Origin: Vicugna vicugna
Lineage: Eukaryota
Direction: 5' to 3'
Assembly: GCA_013265495.1 (NCBI GenBank)
Contig: MU058198.1
Location: forward strand, 942,419-1,006,418
DNA: 64,000 nucleotides
Under the pieces are notes generated by a model. It saw only the letters and a program-made list of their open reading frames with translations. It was not told where the DNA came from and did no database searches. A program made the position numbers and the translations under genes. Of this stretch, positions 12,501 through 24,905 are shown one piece after another. Numbering within the stretch: position 1 is the first letter of the stretch; each line of letters starts with the position of its first letter.

Positions 12501-13699
12501 ACTCAGGTCTGTCCAACCGCGAAGTGTTGACTGCCACACTCTTTAAGAAGTCAGAAGGCCTTGGATCCATCCTTGCCACTGACACTCAAGTCGCTGCAGG
12601 AGAGAGCCTGTGCCCACTGGGCTGCTGGTCTACCTCTGACACGGGCACCATCACTGGGTGCTCCCTACGCCAGGGTGCTGGACCTTCCTCACTGCCCAGG
12701 GGAAAGAAGGCCTCTCCCTGCCTGCCCAGGGTTTCCCAGAATGAAGAGGGCACTCCTCGGTTGAACAGGGAAAGGATGGGCTTCTTTCTTGGCAGAGGGA
12801 ACCACAAGTACAAAATCAAGCAAGTGTGAAACCATGCTGTGTTTGCAGAACTGTAAAATGACAGGCTTGGCTGGCGTGTGGACCGCGGGGAAATGAGGTC
12901 TGAGAATTCAGGACTCCACTGCGATAACCTCTGTGAAATTGCTTTGCAAACTCCCAAGGTTGTTGTGGGGACCGAAGGAGACGCTGCTCGGGAAGCAGCT
13001 TTGCAAACTGGAAAGGCGCTAGGCAAATGTTAATTATCACGAGCTACGTCAGAGGAGCCTGATTGGTATCAGGGGCGAGATAGCAGAGAATTGAAAAATC
13101 TGCTAATTTCTCTCGAATCCACATTCTCGAAAGCATTCATAAATGAAGCATTCTCATTTCATTGCTCTCATCTTTTTTTTTCAGGTGAAGAGATTATAAT
13201 AGATTTGGGAAGCTAATAAAAATTCAGTCAATTTTCTGATCATTATCAATTATACTACTAGGTTTTGAGACTTGCAGTAACGTTTTGTTGCCCACCCATA
13301 AGACCGCATCCAGCTAAGTCTTCATCCAAATACCTGTTAGGTGCACCTTGTCTCTTTCCTTGGTCGGCCTGACACTGGGAGCAGTGGGAACCCAGGTCTG
13401 CGTCTGCCTCGTTTGGGGCCATATTCTCAGTTCCCAGCACAGTATCTGACAGATGGAAGGCATTCGATAAATATTTGTTTAGTGCAGCATCCAAGTCTAG
13501 ATGTCATCACATTATTCCTGAGCTATGCAGGGGCTTCTTAACCGCGCCTTGGCCTCTGCCCCTCTGTTCCAGAAGCCATTTGTCTGTGTTTGCTCAAAAC
13601 CCCAATCCATTTCCCTCAGCCAAATAAAATACTGCTGCTGAAACTAACTCAGCGAACACTAAATACTAATGCAACCAATAAAGAATCCAAATCTACGAC

Positions 13700-13935
13700 T
13701 TTAACCAAAATGCTAAGGTAGGGAACTGATATAAGAGGTGTAACTATTCAAGAAGGCATGATAGTTGCTATTTCCTGCAGATATTACAATAGCATGCTTA
13801 GAGAACTCAAGACGATTAGCCGAAACATTATTGGAAGCGGCAAGTGAATCTTCAAGAAGATCAAAGCTCAGATGTAACAACCATGGTTGATCAGAAAATG
13901 GAATGCGAAGAAGATTCGATTCACAACGTTCTGAG
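13700..13935 (+). mobile_element. Ancient L1 ORF2 (reverse transcriptase) fragment
   Basis: Frame reads LLFPADITIACLENSRRLAETLLEAASESS, aligning to L1 RT LSLFADDMIVYLENP..S..KLLELINEFS; preceded by gatataagaggtgtaactatt (L1 EIRGI region). Confidence 0.65.
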
Positions 13936-16900
13936 CATCCACAAGATGCTAAGAGGGCTATACTCGGAGCACAGCCGGGGAGAATGGCCTTTCCAACTCT
14001 GGCTTGTAAGTCTCTTGGGTCCCCAAGCTGCCCTGCTCGTGCTTGAAATCTCCCTAAGTCTCTCACAAAGCCGACAGAAGGCACAATGGAAATCTCCACC
14101 CACAGCTGCAGTAAACAGATGGGCGCACAGGCTCTGTGTCCCGATGTCTGGGTCAGAAGCCTGTCTTTACCGCAGCATTAACTGCATGACCTTGAGCCAC
14201 CTAACAACTTATCATGTGCCTCAGTTTCCCTGTCTGTAGAATGGGCTGATAATAGCATCTACTCCATGGGGTAATTACGATTAAACGAGTTAATTCATAG
14301 AAAGTGCTTGGAACAGTGCCCAGATTGGTAGCAGCACTCATTTAATGTTTGCTATCATTATGGTGAATGGCTGTTGGTTTAGTTTCTACCATCAAGGCTT
14401 CAGTGGTCGAGGTCTCCAAGTCTCAGCCCTGGATGCTGTCACAAGGGTGGGGTGGTGGAAGAGTTTCCAGTATTTGACTGTGGGTTTGAGGCTCTCACAT
14501 CGCCTTGAGTTTTTCTTCGAACAGCAGGTTACTACATTGTAGGGTAATAGGTTGAACCATATAAAATAGACATTTTTTAAAAGGTAAAAAGTGGTCAAAT
14601 ACTGACAATTTCACATAGTACAGCCAAATAACTTTCAATTTAGTTGTTTTGTGCACTGGACAGTGCATGCCTTGAAAATACGGCCAAAGATCATTCATTT
14701 TTCTGGTCCCCAGTCCCTGGCAATGGTGCAGATGCTGAAGGACACACTCAGTGGTCAGAACACACGTAGCATGACAGGTCCCAGAAAGGAGGAGGGTGAG
14801 TTCCAGATAGTAGGGGCAAACAGTCTTCCCCAATAGCCCGCCAGCCCCACCCCCAGCACCAGTCCCCCAACCCAAGCCTGGGGTTGACACCTTCCTCTTT
14901 GTCCCCTGGCGTACAGACTTCCTTCTCGCACATCACACGTCAGTCTTTGCATTAATATAGTTTACTTTTTCATCTCTCCAACTAGACTGTGCTCTCCTCA
15001 AGGGCAGGAACCCAGATCTATTTGTGGCACCAGGAGCCAGCATACAATTCTCAAATGAATAAATAACAGAAAGTCCTAGCAGGGTTCAGAGGGGTGGTGG
15101 CTCCATTTTGGGGGTCATTCCTGTCTTTAACAGCTTTGTACATTTAGTGGAACAATCAACCCTGGGTTTGAGGTCTAAGGATGTAGCTTTGGTTTTCAGG
15201 CCTGTCCAGTAGCGGTACCTTGGGAAAGCTATTTGACTCTTCTGAGCTTCAGTTTCATAATGGATGAGAAAGCCCTTTGTAAATTTTAATTCACTTTGCA
15301 TATTGGCCAACACTATATTAACATTAATGGCTATAACTGATAACTTTTTTTAAACATTAGAAGCAGAGCCTGGCACATAATAGAGGGTCAATAAACATCC
15401 ACCGCATGACCTGGATTTGGAATTCTGAGCACTTGACTGAATTGAGTCCACTTCTGGCTGATGAAAGAAACCTTGGAGGGCTCTGAAAGATGGCAGAGTT
15501 TTCCCAGGAGTTGTTGCATCACAATATGCAAAAAAAAAAAAAAAGAAGCAACTGAATTTCCATTTTGTAGGTTAGGTGTAGGGTGCAGAGGGAATTCACC
15601 TTCCTGTCCTTGCTTAAAAATAATTTCAAGTAATTAAACCATCTGCTTGGGGAAAGGGCGATGGGGATGTGGGGAGAGTCCTCAATCAGGAAGGAAGACA
15701 TAGTTCCTAAATGTCTGCAGAGACCAGGCTGGGAGGGTGAACCAAGGCAGAGGTCGGTAGACACAGCGTTTGTCTTTTCTGATGCTCTGAATACCAATGT
15801 GGGCAGCACGCCCAGCGGCAGGCACAGGCACAGGCACAAGCCGGGGTGCCCCGCCCCTCGCTTCTCCACTCTGCTGCTTGATGGCTGAGTTATCTTGGGC
15901 AGGTCAATTTACATCTCAGAGCCTCAGTTTCCCCATCTGCCAAATGAGGACAGAAGTACCAGCCTCAGAGCCACTGCTGTGAGGATTAAATGAGGCAAAG
16001 CGTGTGAGCTGGTGTTTGGCTCAGAGTAAGTGTTCAATAAATGGTAGTGGTGGCGATGAGGATGATGACAAGGGTGAAGATAGTTATGATCAGTCTCTTC
16101 AAGGTTAGCGTGGAAATTACACTTATCGTACTAAGCATGTTTATTCACGCACACGTGCATGCGTCCAACCAGTACTTACCCAGCTCCTTTCCATGCGCCG
16201 TGTGCCAATATCAGAGGGTACTGGAGTCAAAGAGAGACTCTGTGCCGACTGTCAAGGGCACATCGCCTAGCTCGGCATCTTTCTGATGCTCCCACGCAGA
16301 GATACGTTTGAATTCCCCAAGGAATTTAAATGCCTCACCCTCACTTCTGTTACAGAACGTGTGACATTTTATAATGATTTTTGCGTTGCCTTTCTACCTA
16401 ACTAGAGTGCGAGTTCTTTGAGGGCAGGACCCTTTCTTTGCCTTTTCCCCCATCGTTACCCCCTATAGCTCCCGCACAAAGTAGGGCCTCCTGAAATGGA
16501 CCCTGGTCCTTTATTGTAGCCTAAAGAGCCCAAGTGTGTATGAGGAAGTCCTCATCAGTCTTAAGAAAAGGAATTTCTACTTGTTAAGCACCTGCTGTAA
16601 GCCAGGCACTTTCTCCCCACTGTCCTGTGTATTCTCAACAAGGTGAGTTCTCACCCTCACTTTACCGATATGGAAACAGAGGTTCGGAGACGTTAACCTC
16701 AAACGGCTAGAGAGTCCAGTGGATCTCAAATCCAGCTCTTACCAACTTTCTTCCTTGCAGTAAAGCATTTAGAGTGGTCGGAAAGTGGATGTGAGGCCAA
16801 AAGTGTGATGGTGTAAGTGGATATGGTCTGTGTATGTGTGTCATATACATAGTTACATCTGAGGAAAAGCATTAACACAGAAAATTCAAATTCCCGCAGG

Positions 16901-17999
16901 GGCCAGGCAGTGCACGCGCGTGAGAGACGCAGGCAGGTGGAAGAAAATCTTTGTGCTGGGCATGAGTAGGGAGAGGCGGGGATTGCGGGGGTCGCACAAG
17001 CTCCATCTGCAGGAGGCCCTGGCCCTCCGGTTCTGGGCACTCGAGGACAGAGGGGGAGCTCAGCTTTGCCAGACTTTAAAATTTCTCAAGAGTCATGACA
17101 AATCTGAATTTTTATGAGCTTGCCTCTGAATGTTAATAGGCAAGGTGCTGCTTTTTAAGAAAATCTTGAACAGGCTTTTCTCACATTCGGAAAGGTCTGA
17201 GTTTCCAGTCAGCTGTTGGAGGCTATGACCTGCCCCCTCCCCTTTCAAGTCCAGGCCTCTTCAGGGAGTGAAATGAGGCTGATGGAGAAGGTTGTTAACC
17301 AGCACACGTCTGACCAGCGTTTTGAGGGAAGCGCTTAGCGCTGACAGTGATTAAGAGAGAAAAAAAAAAAGTCCCCTTAGTTCTCAGAGCCCAGCTCTTC
17401 TGGCCAGAAGGTCTATTCTGAGAAGATCCAAGAGGCCGCCAACCTTTCCTTCCCTCTTCCAGGGGATCTCTCTACCTGTTGTCAAGATGTCCTTGGTGTC
17501 TCCACCTTAACCTTGGGGATGTTACTCCCTTCCTCCTGCTGGACCCTGGTCATCAGAACTGAATGCAGTCATGGTGACAACATCCCTCTGCCACGCTGGC
17601 CACAACTCGCTCCTGTTCATTTGTCAAGTGACAGAGCTCAAGGTGACCCTTTTCTTCTCTCCCCCGCACTTGCTTCCTCTCTGATCAGGACCCTTGCCGC
17701 TGACAGCTGGGTCACTAGCGGGCCTCGCCCACAGCCACGGCCAAGACTGCAGCTCTCCCCCGGCTGTGGATGCTGTCCCAAGACCCCTGGGAGTGGGCAC
17801 AGGGAGAGAGCATCATTAGTTTGCTCGCTTCCCTGGGCTGCCTCCGTTTGACTGGAAGACCAAGGAGACGGTGGGCCGGGTAGGAGTGGGCTGGGAAGGG
17901 CTGTGAACATGGCCCTTGAGCCGCACTCCTCCCATGTGCCAGGCTCTGTGCGGGCCTCATAGTCCAGGGCCGGTGCGCAGAGGCCCCTCCCACCACAGC

Positions 18000-18570
18000 C
18001 ACTCCCCTCTCACCACCTTCCCTCTACTCTGTTCACATAGTCACAGAGACCTCTGAAAAACTCAAATTAGGTCATGTCACCTGCTTAAAAGCCTTAGAGT
18101 ACACTCCAAATTCCTCACTGGCCCTAAAGGCCCGCACCATCCAGCCTGTGAGTCCTCCATCCCGCCTCTCCTGCTCATCACATCCGGCCCGGAGGGTCGC
18201 GCATCCGCCGCCCCCAGGTGCCCGCTTTCACCCTGGCCGGTCGCTGGTCCCTCCGCCTGGCAGGCCCTTCCTTCTCTGCCTTCCCATGCTGCCGCGCCTT
18301 CTCGTCATTCCAGTCTCCGCGCGGACATCAGCGATCGGGAGAGCCCTTTGCTGCCCTCTGTCACTTTGCCGTGGTTGCCTCTCCCCTTAGCGAGGATCAG
18401 TGTCCAACCTGATGTCGCTGATGCGCTGCTCACTTGCTCACGGCTCGCCCCGCAGCGGAGCGTGCCCCTGTGCCGGGGTTGCTTTGCGGTCCTCCTCGCT
18501 TTCCCCCCCGGTGCCCACGAGGGTGCCTGACGGTGAAGGGGGCTCCACATACATGTGCTCGGCGAAGAAA
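18000..18570 (+). mobile_element. L2 3' portion, strongly GC/CpG-shifted
   Basis: L2 landmarks in order: aaattaggtcatgtcacctgcttaaaagcctt, tccaaattcctcac, gctggtccctccgcctgg, gggagagcccttt, gtgcctgacggtgaagggggctccacatacatgtgctcggcgaagaa (cf. gtgcctggcacatagtaggcgctcaataaatatttgttgaatgaa). Confidence 0.7.
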
Positions 18571-19644
18571 GCTATCATCGCCCCCATTCCCAGATGGGGA
18601 AACTGAGGCCCCAGGAAGGAAGGAATTACCTGCGCAAGACCTCACGGCTAGCAAAGCTGCCGTGCTGGGACTTGAACTGAATTCCTAAACCAGGGTTACT
18701 TCCCTGGCCCTTCTAGCCAGGAGAAGTGGAGTTCTGGAAGGGTCCTGGGTGTGGAGAGCGGACTTGTGTGGGTACCACGCTCAACGCAGGTCAAGAGTGT
18801 GGGCCCTGTGATTCCTTTAAGGGATACCCAGCCCCAGCCTCCTCACAGCGCGGGTCCCCCTCCAGTCACTGCAATCACCGCCCCGCTCTACCGCCTTCCA
18901 ATGAAGCTGCTTTTCTTTCAAGAGGCAGATGACTGTTCTGTGGAGCTGAACCACGGGGTGAGGCCAGGAATGCTGAAAGCAAGGGAGCAGCCATGACAGG
19001 ATCGTGGGCCATTCTGTGCCCCAGACCGTGGAGTATGTGTGTGTGGGGGGCGGGGAGGTGCGTAGAGTCCCTCAGTTGAAGTGATGTGGCTGATAGCTGG
19101 CTCTGCACTTAGCTGAAAATGATAAGGAATGTCTGTGGCAGAAAAGCAATTCCCTGAGCTCTGTCGATGGCCAAACACCCTGGCACACGACAGGGAAGGA
19201 AGGAAGTGGCCTGGCCGGTGGACACGTCAGTCCTCACACTGCAGAATGTGTTGTCCCAACTCAGGGTCAACCTGCAGGGTTTTGATGAAGCTCTGGCTTC
19301 CTGTTCCCCTCGGCTGGCATTTCACGCTGTCCTTGCTCCCAACCCCAGCCCACCTTTTGGTCCCCTGGACTCTGGGCCTTCTGTCCTGATATGTGGGCCC
19401 CAGGACCCCTGCTGCCTCAGGGTCATGGCACAGCCTGTCCCCCTCGCACTCTGCCTTCCGTCCTTCCCTTCCTCAGCCTCAGGTTCCAGCTGTTCCTCTG
19501 GAGGAAGTGTCCTTGGGCTCCTCATCTGGCGGGTGCCCCCTGAGGAGCTCCCCTGCATGCCCCTCTCTCCTTCATGGTCCTTCCACAGCTGACTGTTAAC
19601 ATTTGTTTGAGTCTCTGATCATGCAGGTCTTCCCATCTGTGGTT

Positions 19645-19676
19645 TTGTATGTGTGTGTGTGTGTGTGTGTGTGTTT
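19645..19676. repeat. (TG)n microsatellite
   Basis: Direct reading. Confidence 0.95.
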
Positions 19677-20235
19677 GTGGTTGTTTGGGGCAGGGGTCTT
19701 TTTTGGTTTGCCATGTGCCTGGTTACTTGGCACCGCCAGGCACAGGGACAGATGGACAGATGGATGGATGGATAGATGAGTGAATCAGTGAATGCAGGTG
19801 CTCTCTGGTTTTCTGGTTTCTCATCTCACCTTCTGTGCCACGGGGCAAAATAAAAACATACCTAGCTTTCTCCTCAAGGTAGTTCAGTTGGTCTTGTCTT
19901 TACTCGAGAGAAGCCCAAGTCATTCTGCTTCTACTTGATAGGAAAGCAAAGATCCTGAGTTAACTAGACAGAGAGGTTCCCTTCCTTTGAATTCCACTGG
20001 GGTCCAGGGTAACCACTTCCTCCCCACCCCCTGCCCCTACCTTCCTTACACTTCCCTTGGTGGGGGTGGAGATGGCAGTGTTATCCCTGCCGGAATGACC
20101 ACAGCTCACTTGATTTGGAGTCTGCAAGATCTGGGGTCAAGGTCACCTTTTATTAGCTGTGGGACTTATTAGCTGTGGGGAACGTCCTTGTCCTCTCTGG
20201 GTCTTAGTTTTTTCGTCAACAGCATTGTGTTAGAT

Positions 20236-21125
20236 CCGTGTTCCCCAGAATTTGGTAACTGGGTGACCAATGTTGAGACTGGTTCTGTACTTAACACCTT
20301 GTTTTAAAGTGATTTGCCTTTTTTTCTTGAATTTATATTTTATATAATACTGCTCTCCAATATAAATGTCATGTGAACCACAAATGCAATCTCAATTTTT
20401 CTAGCAGCCACATTAAAAAAAAATAAGAAACAGGTGAAATTAATTTCGACAATATATTTTATTTAGCTATGTTCAGCCAAAATGTAATCAATATAAATTA
20501 TGGAGATATTTAACTTTTTTATACTAAATGTCCAAAATCTGGTGTATATTTTACATGTCCAGCACACCTCTCTATGGATGCTAAATTTTCACTGGAAATC
20601 CTTGATCTCTGTTTAGATGAAACAGGGGGAGAGAGCAGACTCACATACCCAGGTTGTTCCAGCATACAGTTATTTTCAAATAACTGACTCGGGTATCAGA
20701 TTTTGATTGTAAATTAATAGAAATGAAACAAAAAGAACCAGTTCTACAAGTGGCACCAGTCCAATGTCAAGTGCTTAACAGCCACCTGTGGCTGGTGGGG
20801 ACTACACTGGACGGCACAGACACATCGCAGTCCTGGATAACAAAGCCACCTCCCTGTTGTAAACAGAAGGTAGCCTAAAAAATAAATAATATGACAAAAC
20901 AAGAGTGACATTGAATTCTAGCTAGATGCTGCTGACTGCCGAGGCCCCCAGCCCTAGGTCTGCTCTGTGTTTGTTAAAAAGGGAGATTTGGCACATATGA
21001 AAGGTGTTAAAGACACACTGGCACCTAGCTGAGACTTTCCCTTTGATGGCATCAGAAGGATTAAGAAAATTGAAAAGGGATTTAATGCTGCAGCCTCCTA
21101 CCACCTAAAATAATCCTACATAAAA
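20236..21125 (+). mobile_element. hAT-Charlie element (MER113-like) interrupted by a Charlie1/MER33-family insertion
   Basis: aattctagctagatgctgctgactgccgaggc...ttgttaaaaagggagatt...ggtgttaaagacacactggcacc; a homologous copy is visible at about 40554-41010. Confidence 0.6.
20349..20819 (+). mobile_element. Charlie1/MER33-family DNA transposon
   Basis: Termini ctgctctccaata ... tacactggacggcacag; internal ttttctagcagccacattaaaaaa..gaaacaggtgaaattaatt. Confidence 0.75.
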
Positions 21126-21875
21126 CAACAGACTACTCCCCCCCCGCCCTGCCCCAATCTGGAAGGTCACTCGGCACTAAAATTCTGCAGCCTTTTGCTC
21201 CTGTGTTCTTACCACTTTGCTTCCTGTCAGAGACCACTAGCATGTGATCTTGTGAAAAGCGAACTAAGCAAGACTTGGAAAAGATGAGTCCTGGTTCAGA
21301 CTCTGCCATTCCTAGCCCTGTGACTTGGGGTAAAAATCTCAGCTTTCTCATTTTGTGAATTGGCAGTGTTTGGACTCATCCAAAACCGGCAGCCCTGTGC
21401 TGGCCACGAATTGTCTCGTTTTGTCTACACCACAAACCCTGTGGCAAAGGCACTGCTCTACTCATTCTGCAGAGAGGAAATGTGGAGGCTCAGAGAGCTT
21501 CAAGCAACCTGCCAGAGCCCCACCGATGGGGAGCCACGAAGCTGGAACTTGAATCCAGGTCTGGAGACCACTGAGCCCACATCCTAATCCACCACGCTGT
21601 CAGGTTCTCAGGGCAATTTCCATCCCTTAGATGGTGGGTTTATGTTGCAAGACATTGTCAACATGAAATTTGCGGTTATTTCTTGGAGCGTTTCCTTCCA
21701 CTTTATGCCAAATCCCTGGTTTCCCGAGTTGGCACGCTGGTCCTATTTAGCCACGTTTCTTTGGGTCTCCATCTCTGTTATTTCTTGCTCCTTCCTCTAG
21801 CTTCTTGTTTTTATTCTCCACTCAGTGTGACCCCCTTGGTGTTTCCTGGTGCTTCTTGAAGCTCTCCCCCACCCT

Positions 21876-22049
21876 GGAGTTTGTGAATTGGTAGCCTGGT
21901 GGGCTGTACCAAACCTGCAGATGTGTTTGATTTGGCTCACGCTGGGCTGGTGCACATGGTGTTTTTAAAATTCTTGAACTAGTTGCCAACATTGAAACAC
22001 TGGGAGATTTCATATAAAAATATGGCTTTTTAGATTTAGGGGAACCATT
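21876..22049. mobile_element. MER102-like hAT element, truncated by the gap
   Basis: cctgcagatgtgtttgatttggc...tagttgccaacattgaaacactgggagatttcatataaaaa; a related copy in the opposite orientation lies at about 51880-52090. Confidence 0.55.
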
Positions 22050-22279
22050 NNNNNNNNNNNNNNNNNNNNNNNNNNNNNNNNNNNNNNNNNNNNNNNNNNN
22101 NNNNNNNNNNNNNNNNNNNNNNNNNNNNNNNNNNNNNNNNNNNNNNNNNNNNNNNNNNNNNNNNNNNNNNNNNNNNNNNNNNNNNNNNNNNNNNNNNNNN
22201 NNNNNNNNNNNNNNNNNNNNNNNNNNNNNNNNNNNNNNNNNNNNNNNNNNNNNNNNNNNNNNNNNNNNNNNNNNNNNNN
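22050..22279. other. Assembly gap (230 N)
   Basis: Run of n. Confidence 1.
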
Positions 22280-24119
22280 GAGAATTAAGTGGGTTAACGT
22301 GTGTAGAGTGCTGTGAAGAACCTCTAACACGTAGCAAGTGCTGTATAAGTGCTAGCAATTATTAAGAGGAAAGTGCAGTGTTTTTAGTACGTATGCCTCT
22401 AACGCTGAGAGAGAGAATGAGGGAGTCCAAAAGTGCCATATGTTTTCAGAAAAACAGCAGGGATGCATGATTCTTTGGGTAAGGGAAGCAGTTCTTATAA
22501 CTGGCCCATTTTGTTCATTTATACCATTTGACTGCCCCATGCAGGGATCTGGATTCCAGACACCTGCCTTCCCCAGCTCCCAGCATCTCTGGGCTGCATC
22601 TGCTGTAAACGCTGCCCGCATAGTTCAGATCCAGAAGGGGGATCAGCGGCAGGATCTGTGTTCACCTCTCTGCCTCCCTTCCATTCATGATCCTGGCTGC
22701 AGCAGGCAGGGCGATCTTGCTGGTGGTGTTTCTCCCCTTCCCTAGCTTAGCTAAAGACCGTTTCAAGTACAGGATTATTATTTCTGGAGGTTTTACTGAA
22801 CCACAGGCAACTCTCCTAGGGGCACAAATTCCCTAGGCTTATGATCGCATTGATTGCTTAATCCATTGGATCATCCTCTCCTCGTTTGCAAGGACATGGA
22901 GCTTCGTATCTGGTGGGTCCACTTTGAGTGGAATGGTGCATCTATGGAAAAGGCCTACGAATGAAGCGGGGTGGCTCCAGAGAATTGACAAGGCTTGAAC
23001 ACACTGACATGCTAGACAGCAAAGCCAACGTGAGCTACTATTGACTGAGTTTCTACAGTGTTCGAGGGACTGTGAGCAGCCTTTGCATGTTTTATGTCGA
23101 ATTGCCGCAACAACAGTGCAGGGCACAGAAGGTTAATAACGTTTATTGAACTCGTACTCAGAGGCAAGGATTACAAAGCTACTGTTCTGGACCCCAGCCC
23201 AAGGCCAGCCCAGGCGGCCTCCAGCATGGCTATGTCACTGGTCTGTACTTATGTCCCATCTATGGGCCATGTCTCCAACGGAGCCATACAAGCAGAGCCT
23301 GGCTTTCCTGGGCCTCTGACAGACCCATCAAGAATGACTTGTCCAAGGTCACACACTGAGTTATTAACAGAACCAAGCCTGGAATTCAAGACTCCTCATG
23401 CATTGCTCTTTCTCCCACTGTTATAACAAGGATCCTAAGGCCGAATGTGCAGGAAAAAGGGCCCGACAGGTTACACAGGAGAGTTAGGTGTATCACGCAA
23501 GGATTGTTTCAAATTGGGGTGCGTGAGTGCTTGCGAGCAGCCATTAAGGGCAGCCATTAAGTAAATTATGGTACAAATATACAATGGAATAGTATGCAGC
23601 TCCATAAAAGAATGAAAAAGCTCCAGATATGCTTTTATAGGTGATGAATATATTAAGTGAAAAACAGCAAGATGTAGGACTGTGTATAATGTGTGCATCT
23701 TGGAGAAAGTTCAAAAAGGGAGAGTTGAAATCCTCTATTCATGTTTGCATGTATAGATACACTAAAAATCCCTGAAAGAGTGAATAGGAAACTAAGATAC
23801 TAATGCAGTGGCTACTTGCGTGGTGGTAGTGGTGATGGGATGGATTTGGGAGTTGGTGAACAGGAAAAAGGAATGGGAGGGAGGTTTTGAAACGTGTGCC
23901 TTTTTTAATTTTTACATTTTTGAATAATATGAACGTCACTACCTATTTAATATGCATGCATGTATACGCACGTGCACACGCACAAACACACACATACAGC
24001 TGCATAGGAAAAACAGCCTATTCCTCAGCTCTGGCTAATTGCTTCCTTCTGGGAATATGAGCCCAATGTGGTCAGTTCTGGTTTTTTAAGGGAACTTGGA
24101 AAACTATTTTTTTTTTTAA

Positions 24120-24905
24120 TCTCAATTTTTAATTTCAAATTATTCATTGCTAATATGTAGAAATACATTAGTTTTTTTTTGCATATGAACAGCGTGCAAA
24201 CATGCTGAACTCACTTATTTTGTTCTTGGGAGTTTTTGTGTGTGTGTGTGTGTGTGGAGGTTTTGTGATTTTCTATGAAGGCGATTATACCATCTGTGAA
24301 TAGAAACAATTTTATTTCTTCCTTCCTGTATACATCTCATTTCTTTTTCTTGCCTTATTGCACTGGCTAGAACTTCCAGTACAATGGGGACTAGGAGTGG
24401 TGAGAGCATGCTTGCCTTGTTCCGGATCTTAGGGGGAAAGCAGTCCATTTTTCATCATTGGATGTCATGATAGCTGTAGGTTATTTACAAGGGCCCTTTA
24501 TCAGGTTAAAGAAGTTCCATCTCTGAGCCTTGCTGGATAAATTTTTATCAGATGGGTAGATGTTGAATTTTGTCAAATACTTTTTCTGCATCTGTCGAGA
24601 TGATTGCACCGATTTTCTTTTTTAGTTTGTTAATATGGTGGGTGAATCACATTGTTAATATGGTGAATGATTTTCAAATGTTGAACCAGTCTTGCATTCT
24701 TGAGATGAACCCAACTTAGTCTTGATGTATTATCCTTCCTATACATCGCTGGATTAGATTTGCTACTATTTTGTTGAGGATTTTTGTGTCTATGTTCATG
24801 AGGACTATTGGTTGATAGTTTTCTTGTAATGTCATTGTCTGGTTTTGATATTAGGGAAAAGTTGATGTCATAAAACAAGTTGGGAGCTGATTTCCCTAAT
24901 TTTTA
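24120..24905 (-). mobile_element. L1 ORF2 (RT domain) fragment
   Basis: Minus-strand translation LSPLLVPIVLEVLASAIRQEKE and [12 protein letters not shown] match L1 ORF2; many stops and frameshifts; contains a (TG)n. Confidence 0.9.

Noticed and set aside
13620..14110. Possible endogenous viral element (bornavirus N-like words such as HPQDA..FPTLA, KKIKAQ) and ORFs 13713-14099 / 13844-14239
   Set aside because: Matches are short, in different frames and not convincingly collinear; the nucleotide sequence is better explained as L1 ORF2 RT running into unique DNA and a MIR
21822..22358. ORFs spanning the N run
   Set aside because: Artefacts of the assembly gap
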